DNA from: Mobula hypostoma
Taxonomy: Eukaryota
DNA: 64,000 nucleotides
Direction: 5' to 3'
Assembly (NCBI RefSeq): GCF_963921235.1
Contig: NC_086097.1
Coordinates: 158,784,001 to 158,848,000, forward strand
Shown here: piece by piece, positions 1 to 12,136 of the stretch
Layout: the number at the start of each line of letters is the position of its first letter
How positions within the stretch are numbered: the first letter of the stretch is position 1
Position numbers and translations under genes: made by a program
The notes under the pieces: model-generated
Told to the model about the DNA's origin: nothing
Database searches by the model: none
Seen by the model: the letters and a program-made list of their open reading frames with translations, nothing else

Positions 1-769
1 TTGACCCTCAACCTGGCCTGCCTGAGTTCACCAACCTCGGGTTATCGGCCACAGAACTCTCCAATTATGGGCTTGACCTTCCAGTCTTGACTTCCAAACT
101 TGCAGTCTTCCAATCCCAGTGACCTGGGGTGGGGGTGGGGTGTGAGTCACTGGGATTTGTGTCTCCCGCCTGTACAGACCTCTGATCTGGGACCTGGGGG
201 TTGCTCGTCTCCTCACCTGCCGGCTTGACCTCCGCAATTACTGACCTGTGACCAGGGATTCTGAATGCCAACTCCTGCCCTGACTCTTTATTTACTGTCC
301 CTGGCTACTAACTTTCCCTCATCCTGTTCCTAAACTCTAACCTGACCCCTAACTCTCCACACTGTTCCAAAAACCATTGCTGTGAATGAAAATTTTCTAC
401 CTTTGCTCACATCCCTCAAATTTAGGGAAAGCAAGTTATGGATATTTGAAAGCATAACAAAAGTCTTATGTTGTGGATTCCCAAAATTTTTAATCAAGTA
501 GTTCTGTATCAATATTAATGAAGTTACTGGCCATAATGATACATGGTAGTAAGAACAAATGACTGGAAAAGAAGAAAGAAAATTGGAGAAAAATTCAATA
601 AATCTCAAAACCTTCTTTTGAGTTTTTTTATTGAATTGTTGTAAACAGAATTGGGGTGGATCACATTCTTTCTTCCATTATTCTAAAGCTGCATCAAGTG
701 CAGGATTGGCTGATATTTAAGATTTGTTTGTGCCCTGCCTGTCTTATAGGTTACACTACATTTATAAAT

Positions 770-901
770 GCAAGAGATTCTGCAGATGTTGGAAATCCTG
801 AGCAACATGCACATAGTACTGAAGGACCTTAGCAGATCAGGTAGGACTTAGGGAAATTAATAAATAGTCAACATTTTGGGCTGAGACCCTTCTTCAGGAC
901 A
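770..901 (-). mobile_element. Penelope-like terminal repeat fragment with degenerate hammerhead motif
   Basis: gattctgcagatgttggaaatc...agtcaacattttgggctgagacccttcttcaggac resembles the terminal repeat of the element at 2533-4094. Confidence 0.6.
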
Positions 902-918
902 CTATGTTTATATTGAAT

Positions 919-1450
919 ATACACTCATTGGCCACTTTTTTAAGTACATCCTGTAGTAGTTCGTAGTCTACTGTGGCTGTAGTACATTCACTGAAAGGTT
1001 CAATGTGTTTGTTCAGAAATGCTCTTTTGCAACCACTGTTGCACAATTTCCTATTTGAGTTACCATCACCTGTCAGCTTGAACCAGTCTGGCTATTTTCT
1101 TTGACATCTCTCCTTAATAAGGCATTTTCACCCACAGAACTGCCGCTCACTAATTTTTTGTTGTTTTTTTGCATCATTCCCTGTAAACTCTAGAGACTGT
1201 TGTGCATGAAAACCACAGGAGATCAACAGCTTCTGTGATGCTCCAACCAGCCTATCTGGCACCAACAAGCATTTCACATTAAAGGTTCCTCAATCACATT
1301 TCTTCCCCTTTTGGATGTTTGGTCAGAACAACAAGCTAAACCTCTTGGCCATGCTTACATGCTTTTCTGCCTTGAGTTACTACCATGTGATTGGTGGATT
1401 AGATACTTGCATTAATGAACATGTGTGCCTACTGTGTAAGTAGCCACTCT
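919..1450 (-). mobile_element. Degenerate non-autonomous Tc1/mariner-like element
   Basis: Left end TAcactcattggccacttt and a decayed right end (aagtagccact). The minus strand gives a Tc1 HTH-like remnant (VGAR..GWSITEAVDLLWFSCTTVSRVYRE). Confidence 0.55.
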
Positions 1451-1505
1451 CATCATATCAAATTGGACTTTAATTGAAGATTGCCTGTATAGGTTGATGA
1501 CATTC

Positions 1506-1552
<47 letters not shown>

Positions 1553-2614
1553 TGAGCACGATGACATTCCTAAGTGTTCTTGATTAGATGTGGTCTGGTT
1601 CTTTGTTAATTATTTTTAGTAATCTTATCAAATGTTAGCTAATCATCTAAATCAATTACAGGAAAATTTTATGAAGGTCAACTTTGTTATAATTTATTAA
1701 TGTTTTATTTTGCTCCATACTTACAATTTGATTATATAGTTGAGCATTCGAATGGTTAAAGTTATTTGCATAATGTGTTTCTCAGTACGTTGTAATTCTG
1801 AATAGATAGAAGAGTGGCAGTCTCTGTCAATGTGAAATCATTACATTGAAGTACATTACAGATTGCCAAAATACCAGAGAATCCATATTCATCTGCAAGC
1901 AACTTTGCCAATGTCAAAGTTTGTGTTCAGTCAATAATTATGATTAGTTGTTGTGATTTATTAATACACAATGAGTTTGTTGGCTGCCTTTGTATCAGGA
2001 TATCTACTAGGGTGTTCACGAGCCAGTTGACCCTGGTGAAAAGATGGGCCCCTGTTTGGTATACTCATTGATTGACATCTGCATCTAAGAACATTTAAGA
2101 AGAGGGCAGATTTGTTGATTGACTGGAACTGTTTATAATGGAGAGCCTGTGGTCAAAGGTTTCCTCTTACAGATTTATTCCGGCGTCTCACAGCCAGTCT
2201 TCAGTTGTAAACTGGCGAGTGAAGCATCAAGATTTTGGGTCTTAAAGTTTGGGCTAGTCTACTGTTAGGTAATGGACAAAAGTGTTTACCACAATAAAAC
2301 TTCTGTTTGAATCCCTTTTAACGTCAGTGACTCAATTACCAAATAAAACAGCCATAATCTGGGAAATACTATAAAGTAAAAAAAGAAAATCAAAGTGCAA
2401 AGAATAGTGTTGATTTATAGGTCTATAAGAAACACAACAATGACACAGAAAAATAAAAAGGAGACATTTAAAGATACAGACAGAAAAATAAATAGGAACA
2501 TTTAAAATGGGTATCAAAATAAGTAAAAAAAATGCAAACAGTAATTCTGCAGATGCTGGAAATTCAAGCAACACACATCAAAGTTGCTGCAGCAGCATCT
2601 CTAGGAAAAGGTAC

Positions 2615-2650
2615 AGTCGACATTTCAGGCCGAGACCCTTCGTCAGGACT
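2615..2650 (-). ncRNA. Minimal hammerhead motif (inverted terminal copy)
   Basis: Reverse complement is AGTC-CTGACGA-AGGGTCTCGGCCT-GAAA-TG-TC-GACT; the palindrome has decayed from ACGT to ATGT. Confidence 0.6.
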
Positions 2651-3995
2651 AACTGAAGGAAGAGTTAGTAAGAGATTTGAAAGTGGGATGGGGAGGGGGA
2701 GATCCAAAATGATAGGAGAAGACAGGATTGGGAGGGATGGAGCCAAGAGCTGGACAGGTGATTGGCAAAGGGGATATGAAAGGGCTCATATGAAGACAGC
2801 TTATCCACTGATGTCTACTATAAGCCTACTGACTCTCACAGCTATCTGGACTATTCCTCTTCTCACCCTGTCTCTTGCAAAACTGCCATCTCCTTCTCGC
2901 AATTCCTCCGTCTCCGCCGCATCTGCTCTCAGGATGAGGCTTTTCATTCCAGGACAAGGGAGATGTCCTCCTTTTTTAAAGAAAGGGGCTTCCCTTCCTC
3001 CACTATCAACTCTGCTCTCAAACGCATCTCCCCCATTTCACGTACATCTGCTCCCACTCCATCCTCCCGCTACCCCACTAGGAATAGGGTTCCCCTGGTC
3101 CTCACCTACCACCCCACCAGCCTCCGGGTCCAACATATTATTCTCCGTAACTTCCGCCACCTCCAACAGAATCCCACCACTAAGCACATCTTTCCCTCCC
3201 CCCACTCTGCTTTCTGCAGGGATCGCTCCCTACGCGACTCCCTTGTCCATTCGTCCCCCCCATCCCTTCCCACTGATCTCCCTCCTGGCACTTATCCTTG
3301 TAAGTGGAACAAGTGCTACACATGCCCTTACACTTCCTCCCTTACCACCATTCAGGGCCCCAGACAGTCCTTCCAGGTGAGGCGACACTTCACCTGTGAG
3401 TCGGCTGGGGTGATATACTGCGTCCGGTGCTCCCGATGTGGCCTTCTATATATTGGCGAGACCCGACGCAGACTGGGAGACCGCTTTGCTGAACACCTAC
3501 GCTCTGTCCGCCAGAGAAAGCAGGATCTCCCAGTGGCCACACATTTTAATTCCACATCCCATTCCCATTCTGACATGTCTATCCACGGCCTCCTCTACTG
3601 TAAAGATGAAGCCACAGTCAGGTTGGAGGAACAACACCTTATATTCCGTCTGGGTAGCCTCCAACCTGATGGCATGAACATCGACTTCTCTAACTTCCGC
3701 TAATGCCCCACCTCCCCCTCATACCCCATCCATTATTTATTTTTATACACACATTCTTTCTCTCACTCTCTTTTTTCTCCCTCTGTCCCTCTGACTATAC
3801 CCCTTGCCCATCCTCTGGGTTCCCCCGCCCCATCTTTCTCCCGGGACCTCCTGTCCCATGATCCTCTCATATTCCTTTTGCCAATCACCTGTCCAGCTCT
3901 TGGCTCCATCCCTCCCCCTCCTGTCTTCTCCTATCATTTTGGATCTCCCCCTCCCCCTCCCACTTTCAAATCTCTTACTAACTCTTCCTTCAATT

Positions 3996-4031
3996 AGTCC
4001 TGACGAGGGGTCTCAGCCTGAAACGTCGACT
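3996..4031 (+). ncRNA. Minimal type-I hammerhead ribozyme motif in Penelope terminal repeat
   Basis: AGTC-CTGACGA-GGGGTCTCAGCCT-GAAA-CG-TC-GACT: CUGANGA and GAAA core boxes, stem I AGUC/GACU, short stem II, palindromic ACGU in place of helix III, UC cleavage site. Confidence 0.7.
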
Positions 4032-4329
4032 GTACCTCTTCCTAGAGACGCTGCCTGGCCTGCTGCGTTCACCAGCAACTTTGATGTGTGTTGCATAAGT
4101 AAAAAAAAGTGTTTTGACAATGTCAAACCAATGAAAATTCCAAAGAAAATAAGGGAATGCAGATATGCTATATTGTAGCTTGATGATGGTCTGCACAATC
4201 AACAAAGATGTTAATAGAAGCTTAAAAAGAGAATGAAACAAAAAATTGTCGCTGAATACAAAATCTGCAGAATCAGGTAAGTTCCAAGCCAAGATGAGAA
4301 AATTTCAGATGATTTTACAGAATTTCTAG

Positions 4330-5040
4330 AATATTGTTGATTCAAGATGTAACTCAATTATTTTAGAATGTTAGGAGACAGTAACTGAGAAATTATAGGT
4401 CTATAATTCTAACATTTGTTGTGGAAAATTTATTGGAATATATAATTAAGCATGTTATTATCGAGCACAGTAATATCTAACAATCATTAAAGAAAGCCTA
4501 CATGGCTCTTTAAAGGATAGGCCATACCTCATATAATTAATTTAAATTTTGATTAAGTAACTGAAGTCTTAGACAGGTGGAATGTTTATGGGTGCAGATT
4601 TTGTGGGCTTACAGATGACATTTAATAAGATTCCTCCTGGGAAGCATTAGGTAAAATTGAAGCTCATTAAATTGGTTCTGAGTTACTGCCTTGTTTACAA
4701 AATTGCATTCTGGGAAGTGAGTTTTTGATGAGGGTCAAAATAATTAATATATAATTTAATTGAAAGTAAGTAACTGCTGGTGTCATATAAGGATCTGACC
4801 TTGAGCTTCAACCTTTTTTTACAGTACTACTAAAGGAGCTGTACATTTAAGTGAATTGTTGACAGAAAAGTTGGTAAATAGTATAAGTGTAAGCAGTATA
4901 AAATAGTATTAATAAATAACATGAATGGTGGATCTCAAAACTGCACATGACTATTAATATTGGGCTAAAAGAGAATGGGTTTGCATATTCCAAAATTGTG
5001 AAAAAAATTAGATGTATTCTGTTACACAGATCCCTGAAAT
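4330..5040 (+). mobile_element. Highly decayed CR1-like LINE RT remnant
   Basis: Recognisable remnants of the HGFxKGRSCLTNL, DFQKAFDKVP and SGVPQGS-like regions; no long ORF. Confidence 0.4.
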
Positions 5041-5205
5041 GTAGTAGACTTACACAAGTAAAAATCTAAATGGTTAACAGTTGGTGATATACTTTTAAGC
5101 ATGAAACATGCTTGCTCAGAAGTGTAGTGAGATTCTGTGAAATAGATGTCAAGCTTTGTCCTAATGCCAAATCAGGTGTCTGCAAAGAAGTCATGGAATA
5201 GAGAC

Positions 5206-5352
5206 GCAAACAACAGGAATTCTGCAGATGCTGGAAATTCAAGCAACATACATCAGTCCTGACGAAGCGTCTCGGCCTGAAACGTCGACTGTGCCTCTTC
5301 CTATAGATGCTGCCTGGCCTGCTGCGTTCACCAGCAACTTTGATGTGTGTTG
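5206..5352 (+). mobile_element. 147-bp Penelope-derived mini-element carrying a hammerhead motif, 13-bp TSD
   Basis: TSD ATGGAATAGAGAC at 5193-5205 and 5353-5365. An inverted piece of the terminal repeat is followed by CAGTC-CTGACGA...GAAACGTC-GACTG (5254-5291). Confidence 0.85.
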
Positions 5353-5439
5353 ATGGAATAGAGACCATCATTTTTAAGACATCATACTTCTTCCAGGGTG
5401 AATTGTAAGCTTGGATTTAGATCCGCCTTGCCCAATTAA

Positions 5440-6492
5440 GACAGAGAATAGGGGCAGAAGGTAATTATTCTGGTTAATGGTCTATGACAATTGTGTTCCA
5501 CGAGGATTGGTGCTGGGACTTCTGTTGTTTGTGATATATATCAATGATTTGGACGAAAAGGTAGATGGATGGATTAGCAAGTTTACAGGCATCACTAAAA
5601 TTGGTGGCGTTGTGGACAGTGTAAAGGCCTATTAAACTATACAGAGGGGTACAGATCAGTTACAGACATGGGCAGAAAAGTGGCAGACGGAGTTAAATCC
5701 GGGCAAGAGTGAGGTGTTGCACTTTGAGAGGTAAGGCGAAAAAATAAAGTATATAGTTAATAGTGGACCTCATTAGGTATGAGGTATGGAAGGATCCTGG
5801 ACTCCAGGACCGTAGTTCACTGAAAGTGGTTACGCAAGTGGACAAGGTAATAAGGAGGGGTATGGCATGCATGACTTTATTAATAGAGATCTTGAATATA
5901 AGAATAAGGAAGTCTTGCTGTAGCTAAATAAAACTTTAGTCAGAATGTACTTTGAGTATTCCTCGCAGTTCTGTTTGCCCTTTTATAGGAAGGATATGGA
6001 GACTGTAGAGAAGGAACAGAAGAGGTTTATCATGTTGCTGCTTGGATTAGAGGGTATAGGCATTAAGGAAAGTTTGGACAAATTTGTGTTGGTTTCCCTA
6101 GAGTGTCGGAGGCTAAGGGAAGACCTTGTAGAGGTGTGTTTTAAATAAATGAAAGGAGGCATAGATATAGAAGACAGAATCTTTGTTCCAAGGTAGAAAT
6201 GTCAAACAGAAGAAGACATGCTTTTAAAGTTATAGGGGGAAAGTTTAAACATGACAAGAGTGGCAAGTTTTTTTTTGTGCAGAGAATGGTAGGTGTCTGG
6301 AATGGGTTATGAGGAATAGTAGTGAAATGAGGCAGTCTTGGGGCATTTAAAATGATTTTAAAATTGACACATGAATATGAAGGGACTAGAGGGATATGGA
6401 TGTTAGCTGAAGGATGATAATTAGTATAAACTGGCATCAAGATCATCACAATGTTGTGGGCTGAATGATTAGTCCTGTTCTGTGTTCTATAA
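5440..6492 (+). mobile_element. CR1 LINE 3' fragment (degenerate)
   Basis: RT remnants (VP.GLVLGLLLFVIYINDLD, FCLPFYRKDMETVEKEQKRF, SLECRRLREDL) and a CR1-type 3' tail (cctgttctgtgttctat). Confidence 0.8.
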
Positions 6493-6545
6493 TCATGCTG
6501 TATTCCCTTGAAATAATGCTTTGGCATATTTCATAAAGCCATAAA

Positions 6546-7365
6546 GTTATACAGTACAGAAACAGGCTGTTTGGCCTAACTGATCCTGGCTGACCTGAAC
6601 CTTCCCTATCCACATATCTGCCTAAATGTTTCTAAGACACTATAATTGCACCCACATCTATCATTCTGCATACCTACCACCTTCTGTGTGAAACAGTTGT
6701 CCCTCAGGTCCCTTTTAAACCTTTCCAGTCTCATCTTAAATCTCTGCCCTCTACTTTTAGATTCCCCTGCCCTGCAAGAAAAGATTGTGACCATTTACCT
6801 AATCTATACGCCTCATGATTGTGTACACATCTGTAAAGTTATCATCAGCCTCCTATGGCCCAGGGATAAAAGATCTAGGCCATCCAGTCTCTCCTTCATC
6901 TCAAGCCATTCAGTCCTGGTAACATTATGAATCTTGTCTGTATAATCTTTCTAGCTAAGTGACAGCCTTTCTTGAACTAAGCAGTTGGAACTGCATACAA
7001 TACTCTGTGTTATCTCACCACTATCTTGTACAGGTGTAACATGAGATCACAACTCTTGTACTTAGTGCCGCAATCTAAAGGCAACTGGGCCAAATTCTTT
7101 ATTCTCACTACTTCACCTACGCTTGTTGCTAATTTCAGGGAACTAGGTTTCTGTAATCCTAGTTCTTTGTTTTAAGGTACTCTCTGGGGCCCTCGAAGTC
7201 CTGCCCTGGTTTAACTTAACAAATTGCAATACTTTGCAGTTGTCTGAGTTAATCTGCCATTCCTTAGCCCACTTTCTCAGTTTGCATAGATCCTGCTGCA
7301 GCCTTCTTAACTTTCCACTATACAACCAATTTTGATGTCATTAGCCAACCTACTAACCACGCCAA
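6546..7365 (-). mobile_element. CR1 LINE 3' fragment
   Basis: Minus-strand peptides LQQDLCKLRKWAKEWQINSDNCKVLQF and RFKRDLRDNCFTQKVV. Confidence 0.75.
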
Positions 7366-7879
7366 CAACAAGTAGTTGATGAACAATATTGGACCCAGCA
7401 ATCAAGAAGATAGGAGCCCCTCTGCCATTCAGTATCATTATGCACGATCTGCGATGGCTTCATTTCCTCGTCTGTGCCCTCAGTCTTTCAAAGAAATTCT
7501 AGCTTCTCCCTTAAGTACTTATGATATACAACCATTCAGCACCCTGGTTCGAATATATGCAAAGCACTATGTTTAGTCCGGCTGTGGAATTTTGGAAATG
7601 AAATCTTGGTCTTGTTTGGAATGAGTTGAAAGATTCACAAGGATTGAGCCATGGTTAGATTATGTGGTAGTTTTGATTTTGAATTTTTTGTATACCTAAA
7701 TTGATTTAAATGGGGTGTTTTAGAAATCGATAGATTGATGTTGCTATTTTCATATGGGAATCTAGACGAAAACAACTAAAAAATGAAAGTTAGTGTTGTA
7801 TTATGGATGAAACAGTCAAGGAGAGTCTTCTTAGTGGTAAAATGCAAGCTTTCTCTACCAAAAGGTTAATAATTAATAC

Positions 7880-9522
7880 TGCACACAAAATGCTGGAGGA
7901 ACTCAGCAGGCCAGGCAGCATCTATGGAAAAAAGTTAAGAGTTGACCTTTTGGGCCGAGACCTTCATCAGGTCTGGAGAAAAAAGATGAGAAGTCAGAGT
8001 AAAAAGCTGAGGAGAAAGGAGGAAGAAATTCAAGGTGATAGGTGAAACTGGGTGCGGGGGTGGGGGTGGGGGAAGAGGTGAGGAAAAGAGCTGGGAAGTC
8101 AATTGGTGAAAGAGATAAATAGCTGGAGAAGAGGAATCTGATAGCAGAAGACAGAAGGACAAGGAAGAAAGGGAAGTGGCAGGAGCACCAGAGAGAGGTG
8201 ATGGGCATGTAAGGAGATATGGTGAGACATGGGAATAGGAAATGGGCGAAGGGTGGGGGGCATTTCTGGAAATCTGAGGATTCAATGTTCATTCCATCAG
8301 GTTGAAAGCTACCCAAACGGAATATAAGATGTTGTTTCTTCAACCTGAGTGTGGCATCATTGCGGCAGTAATGGAGGCCATGGACTGACGTGATGGAATG
8401 GGAATGGGAAGTGGAATTGGAATGGCGAAGCAGTTTCCTAATCTACGTTGAGTCTCACCGATGTACAGGAGGGTGCATGGTATACAGTAGCTGACCTCCA
8501 AACGACTCACAAGTGAAGTGTTGCCTCACCTGGAAGAACTGTTTGAGGACCTGAATGGTAGTGATGGAGGAAGTGTAGAGGCAGATGTAGCACTTGTTTC
8601 ACTCGCAAGGATAAGTGCCAGGAAGGAGATCAGAGAAGAGCAACAAATGGACAAAGGAGTCGCGTAGGGAGCGATCCCTGCAGAAATCAGAAAGTGAGGG
8701 GCGGGGGTGTTGGGGAAAGATGAGCTTAGTGTTGGGATCCTGTTGGAGATGGAGGAAATACAGAGAGTTATGTGCTGGACATGGAGGCTGGTGGGATGGT
8801 AGGTGAGGACAAGAGGAACCCTTTCAGTGGCGGGAATATTGAGTGAGGACAGACTTACGCAAAATGAATGAGATGCGGTTGAGGACAGGGTTGATGGTGG
8901 AGGAAGGGAAGCCCTTTTCTTTGAAGAAGGAGGACATCTCCTTAGTTCTGGAATAAAAAGCCTCATCCTGAGAGCAAATGTGTCAGAGACAGAGGAAGTG
9001 AGAGAAGGGGATGGTATTTTTACAAGTACTAGGGTGGGAAGAGGTATAGTCCAGCTAGCTGTGAGAGTTCGTGGGTTTATAAAAGACATCGGTAGAGAAA
9101 CTGAGCCAGAGATAGAGACAGAGAAATCGAGAAAGGGGAGGGACGTGTCAGAAATGGACTAGGTAAATTTGAGGGCAGGGTGAAAGATGGAGACAAATTT
9201 GATGAAGTCGACGAGCTCCGCATAGTCAGGAAGCAGCACCAATGCAATTGTCAATGTCAATGTATCAGTGTAGGCCTGGAACATAGGCTGTTCTACATAG
9301 CCGACAAAAAGGCAGGCACACCTGAGACCCATGCAAATGCCCATAGCTACACCTTTTGTTTGAAGCAAGTGAGAGGAGCCAAAGGAGAAATTATTGAGAA
9401 TGAGGACAAGTTCTGCCAGACGGTGGAGAGTGGTGGTGGAAGGGAACTGGTTGAGTCTGGTGTCCAGAAAGAAATGGACAGCTTTGAGGCCTTCCTGGTG
9501 GGGGATGGAAGTGTATAGGGAA
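7880..9522 (-). mobile_element. Penelope-like retroelement (older, degenerate)
   Basis: RT remnant LAELVLILNNFSFGSSHLLQTKGVAMG and endonuclease C-terminus QHLIFRLGSFQPDGMNIE. Terminal repeat with decayed hammerhead at about 7940-7973. Homologous to 2533-4094. Confidence 0.85.
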
Positions 9523-9899
9523 CAATTAATAATTTTGTTTGAAAATACCAGATGTTTACAGGCCAATCAAATATCAAGGTATGAAACAAAGGAAAATCAG
9601 TGGAATTGAAATGAATATATGATTCATTGGCAAACCACACAGAGAGGTTAATGACCTAGTTATGTTCCTGGGCAACAATTAGATAATTTGTTCCAGTACA
9701 CCAGACATGAGGAGGCAGAGTCATTACAATCATGCAAGTAGGCTGCTGCCCTGAGATCATCCTTAAACTGCAAATGGATGTTAAATTCAGTCCATCTTTA
9801 TGGAATATAATCCTTAAGTGTAGTATATGCTTCAACTTCTGCATTCCGTTTCCTAGAGTGCATGTACCTGACTGGGTTTAAACACATTTAAAACACTCT

Positions 9900-11326
9900 T
9901 GGCCACCTGAGGTTCCGAAGGACTGGAGGATGGATAATGTTGTTCCGTTGTTTAAGATAGGCTGTAAGAATAAGCCAGGAAATTGTAGGGTCGATGAGCC
10001 TGACATCAGTGGTGGATAAGTTATTGGAAGGGATCCCAGGGAATGGATATTTAAGTATTTGGATAGACAGGAACTAATTAGGAATAGTGAACATGGCTTT
10101 GTTTGTGGTAGGTTTTGTCTAACTAATCTTAAACAGTTTTTCGAGGAAGTTATTAGGAAAGTTGATGAAGGCAAGGCAGTGGACGCTGTCTACATGGTCT
10201 TTAGCAAGGCTTTTGACAAAGTCCCGCGTGGGAGGTTGATCAAGAAGGTTCAGTGGCTTGGCATTCAAGGTAAGGTAGTGAATTGGATTCGATGTTGGCT
10301 TTGCAGGAGAAGCCATAGAGTGGTAGTAAGAGGTTGCTTCACTGACTGGAGGCCTGTGACTAGTGGTGTACTGCAGGGATGGGTGCTAGGTCCGCAGTTG
10401 TTTGTCATCTATATTGATGATCTGGATGATAATGTGGTAAACTGGATCAGCAAATTTGCGGATAACACGAAGATTGGGGGTGTAGTGGATAGCGAGGAAG
10501 ACCATCAGAGCTTGCGGTGGGATCTGGACCAGCTGGAAATGGAGGTGGAATTTAATGCAGACAATTGTGAGGTGTGGCACTTTGGGAGGATTTACACAGT
10601 GAATAGTCAGGCTTTGAGGAGTACAATCGAACAGACACATAATTCCTGGGAATACAGACACATAATTCCTTCATCACAGGTATATAGGGTTGTAAAGAAA
10701 GCCTTTGGCACATTGACCTTCATAAACCAAAGTATTGATTACAGAAGTTGGGTTATGCTGGAATTGAATAAGACACTGGTGAGGCCTAACTTGGAGTATC
10801 ATATGCAGTTTTGGTCACCTACCTATGGGAAAGATGTAAACAAGGTTGAAAGAGTGCAGAGAAAATTTACAAGGATGTTGCCAAGACTTGAGGAGCTGAA
10901 TTATAGGGAAAGATTGAACAGGTTAGGACTTTATTCCCTGGAGTGTAGAAGATTGAGGGGAGATTTGATAGAGGTGTACAAAATTATAAGGGGTATAGAT
11001 AGGGTAAATGCAAACAGATTTGTTTTAACTGTGGTTGGATGAGACTAGACTGGAAGTCATGGGTTAAAGGTGAAATGTTTAAGAGGAACATAAGGGAGAA
11101 CTCCTTCACTCAGAGGGTGGTGAGAGTGTGGAATAAGCTGCCAGTGAAAGTGGTGAATGTGGGATAGATTTTAACATTTAAGAGAAGTTTGGATAAGCAA
11201 CTGGATAGGAGGGGTGTGGAGGGCTGTGGTCCTGGTACTTGTCGATGGGATAACACATATTAATAGTTCAGCATGGATTGGTTAGGCCAAAGGGCCTATT
11301 TCTGTGCTGTTATGTTCTATGACTCT
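9900..11326 (+). mobile_element. CR1 LINE, 5'-truncated
   Basis: ORF 10059-11042 has RT motifs (FSKAFDKVP, SGVLQGWVLGP, YIDDLD, KFADNTKIGG); 3' tail tgttctatgactct. Confidence 0.92.
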
Positions 11327-11332
11327 CTGAAA

Positions 11333-12136
11333 AATCAAGTTTCAAAGGTACATTTAATATCAGAGAAATGTATACAATATACATCCCGAAATTATTCTTC
11401 TTCGCAACCATCAACGAAAACAGAGGAATGCCCCAAAGAATGAATGACAGTTATATGTTAGAACCACAAAGCACCCCCTCCCAACTCCCCCTTCCCATGC
11501 ATAAGCAGCAGCAAAGCAACGATCCCACCCCCCCCACCAGCAAAAACACATCGGTGCCCCCCACCGAGTACTCAAGCATGCACCAAAGCATCAATAAAGA
11601 CATAGACTTGCCGTACCCCAAAGACTACTCGTTCACCCGGTAGTATGACATACCACAGGCTCTCTCTCTCTCTCCCTAATAAGGGAAAAAGAGGTGTTTT
11701 TGTTTCACAGTGAGAGGGGAGACATAACAAACAACTCACTGATTTACGAAGTTAAAAGTCCATTACGACACTTTTTCCGAGCTCTGTGCCCAAAGAACTC
11801 GGGTCTCTGGGCACACATTCAGCAGCCAGCTTGCTGCTTTTCATCTTCCGTCTTCCACGACACACCAATTCCCTGCAGAGGCACCGATCATGAGTCTGCC
11901 CGCTTCCAGAGCCACAAAATCAACAGAAATCTGAAGGCGTGCTAATCTTCTAGGTTGCGTCCTTGGTATCTCGAATAATGGCCATTCATGAGACCCCGAG
12001 AGTGGGTCCCATTCCCACAAAGAACTGAAGTCAGCGTCTTCAAAAGAACCCTGAACAGGAAAAATAAAGATATTAAAGATAGGAATAGAGCTGTTTCTGA
12101 AGATACAAGCAAAGGAGTCACTGTGAGGCGCCATTA
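11333..12136 (-). mobile_element. Non-coding SINE-like element with Rex1-like 3' tail
   Basis: Left end caaaggtacatttaatatcagagaaatgtatacaatatacatc resembles the Rex1 3' end at 44563; right end is ggcgccatt. Confidence 0.5.

Larger units (their letters stand above)
2533..4094 (+). mobile_element. Penelope-like retroelement (Neptune-type), 5'-truncated, inverted terminal repeat, 14-bp TSD
   Basis: ORF 2963-3703 has a Cys-rich linker (PCKWNKCYTC) and a GIY-YIG endonuclease (VIYCVRCSRCGLLYIGETRRRLGDRFAEH). About 2568-2778 is the reverse complement of about 3867-4094. TSD ATAAGTAAAAAAAA at 2519-2532 and 4095-4108. Confidence 0.9.

Noticed and set aside
1..360. C-rich degenerate tgacc/cctaa repeats resembling telomeric sequence
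   Set aside because: No true (TTAGGG)n array; probably a truncated repeat at the window edge, family not identifiable.
2172..2270. Possible exon (ttcctcttacag ... ttag|gtaatg)
   Set aside because: All three frames hit stop codons and none resembles a syntaxin Habc or linker sequence.
2532..3380. 282-aa ORF as a novel gene
   Set aside because: It is an alternative frame across the inverted repeat and body of the Penelope element.
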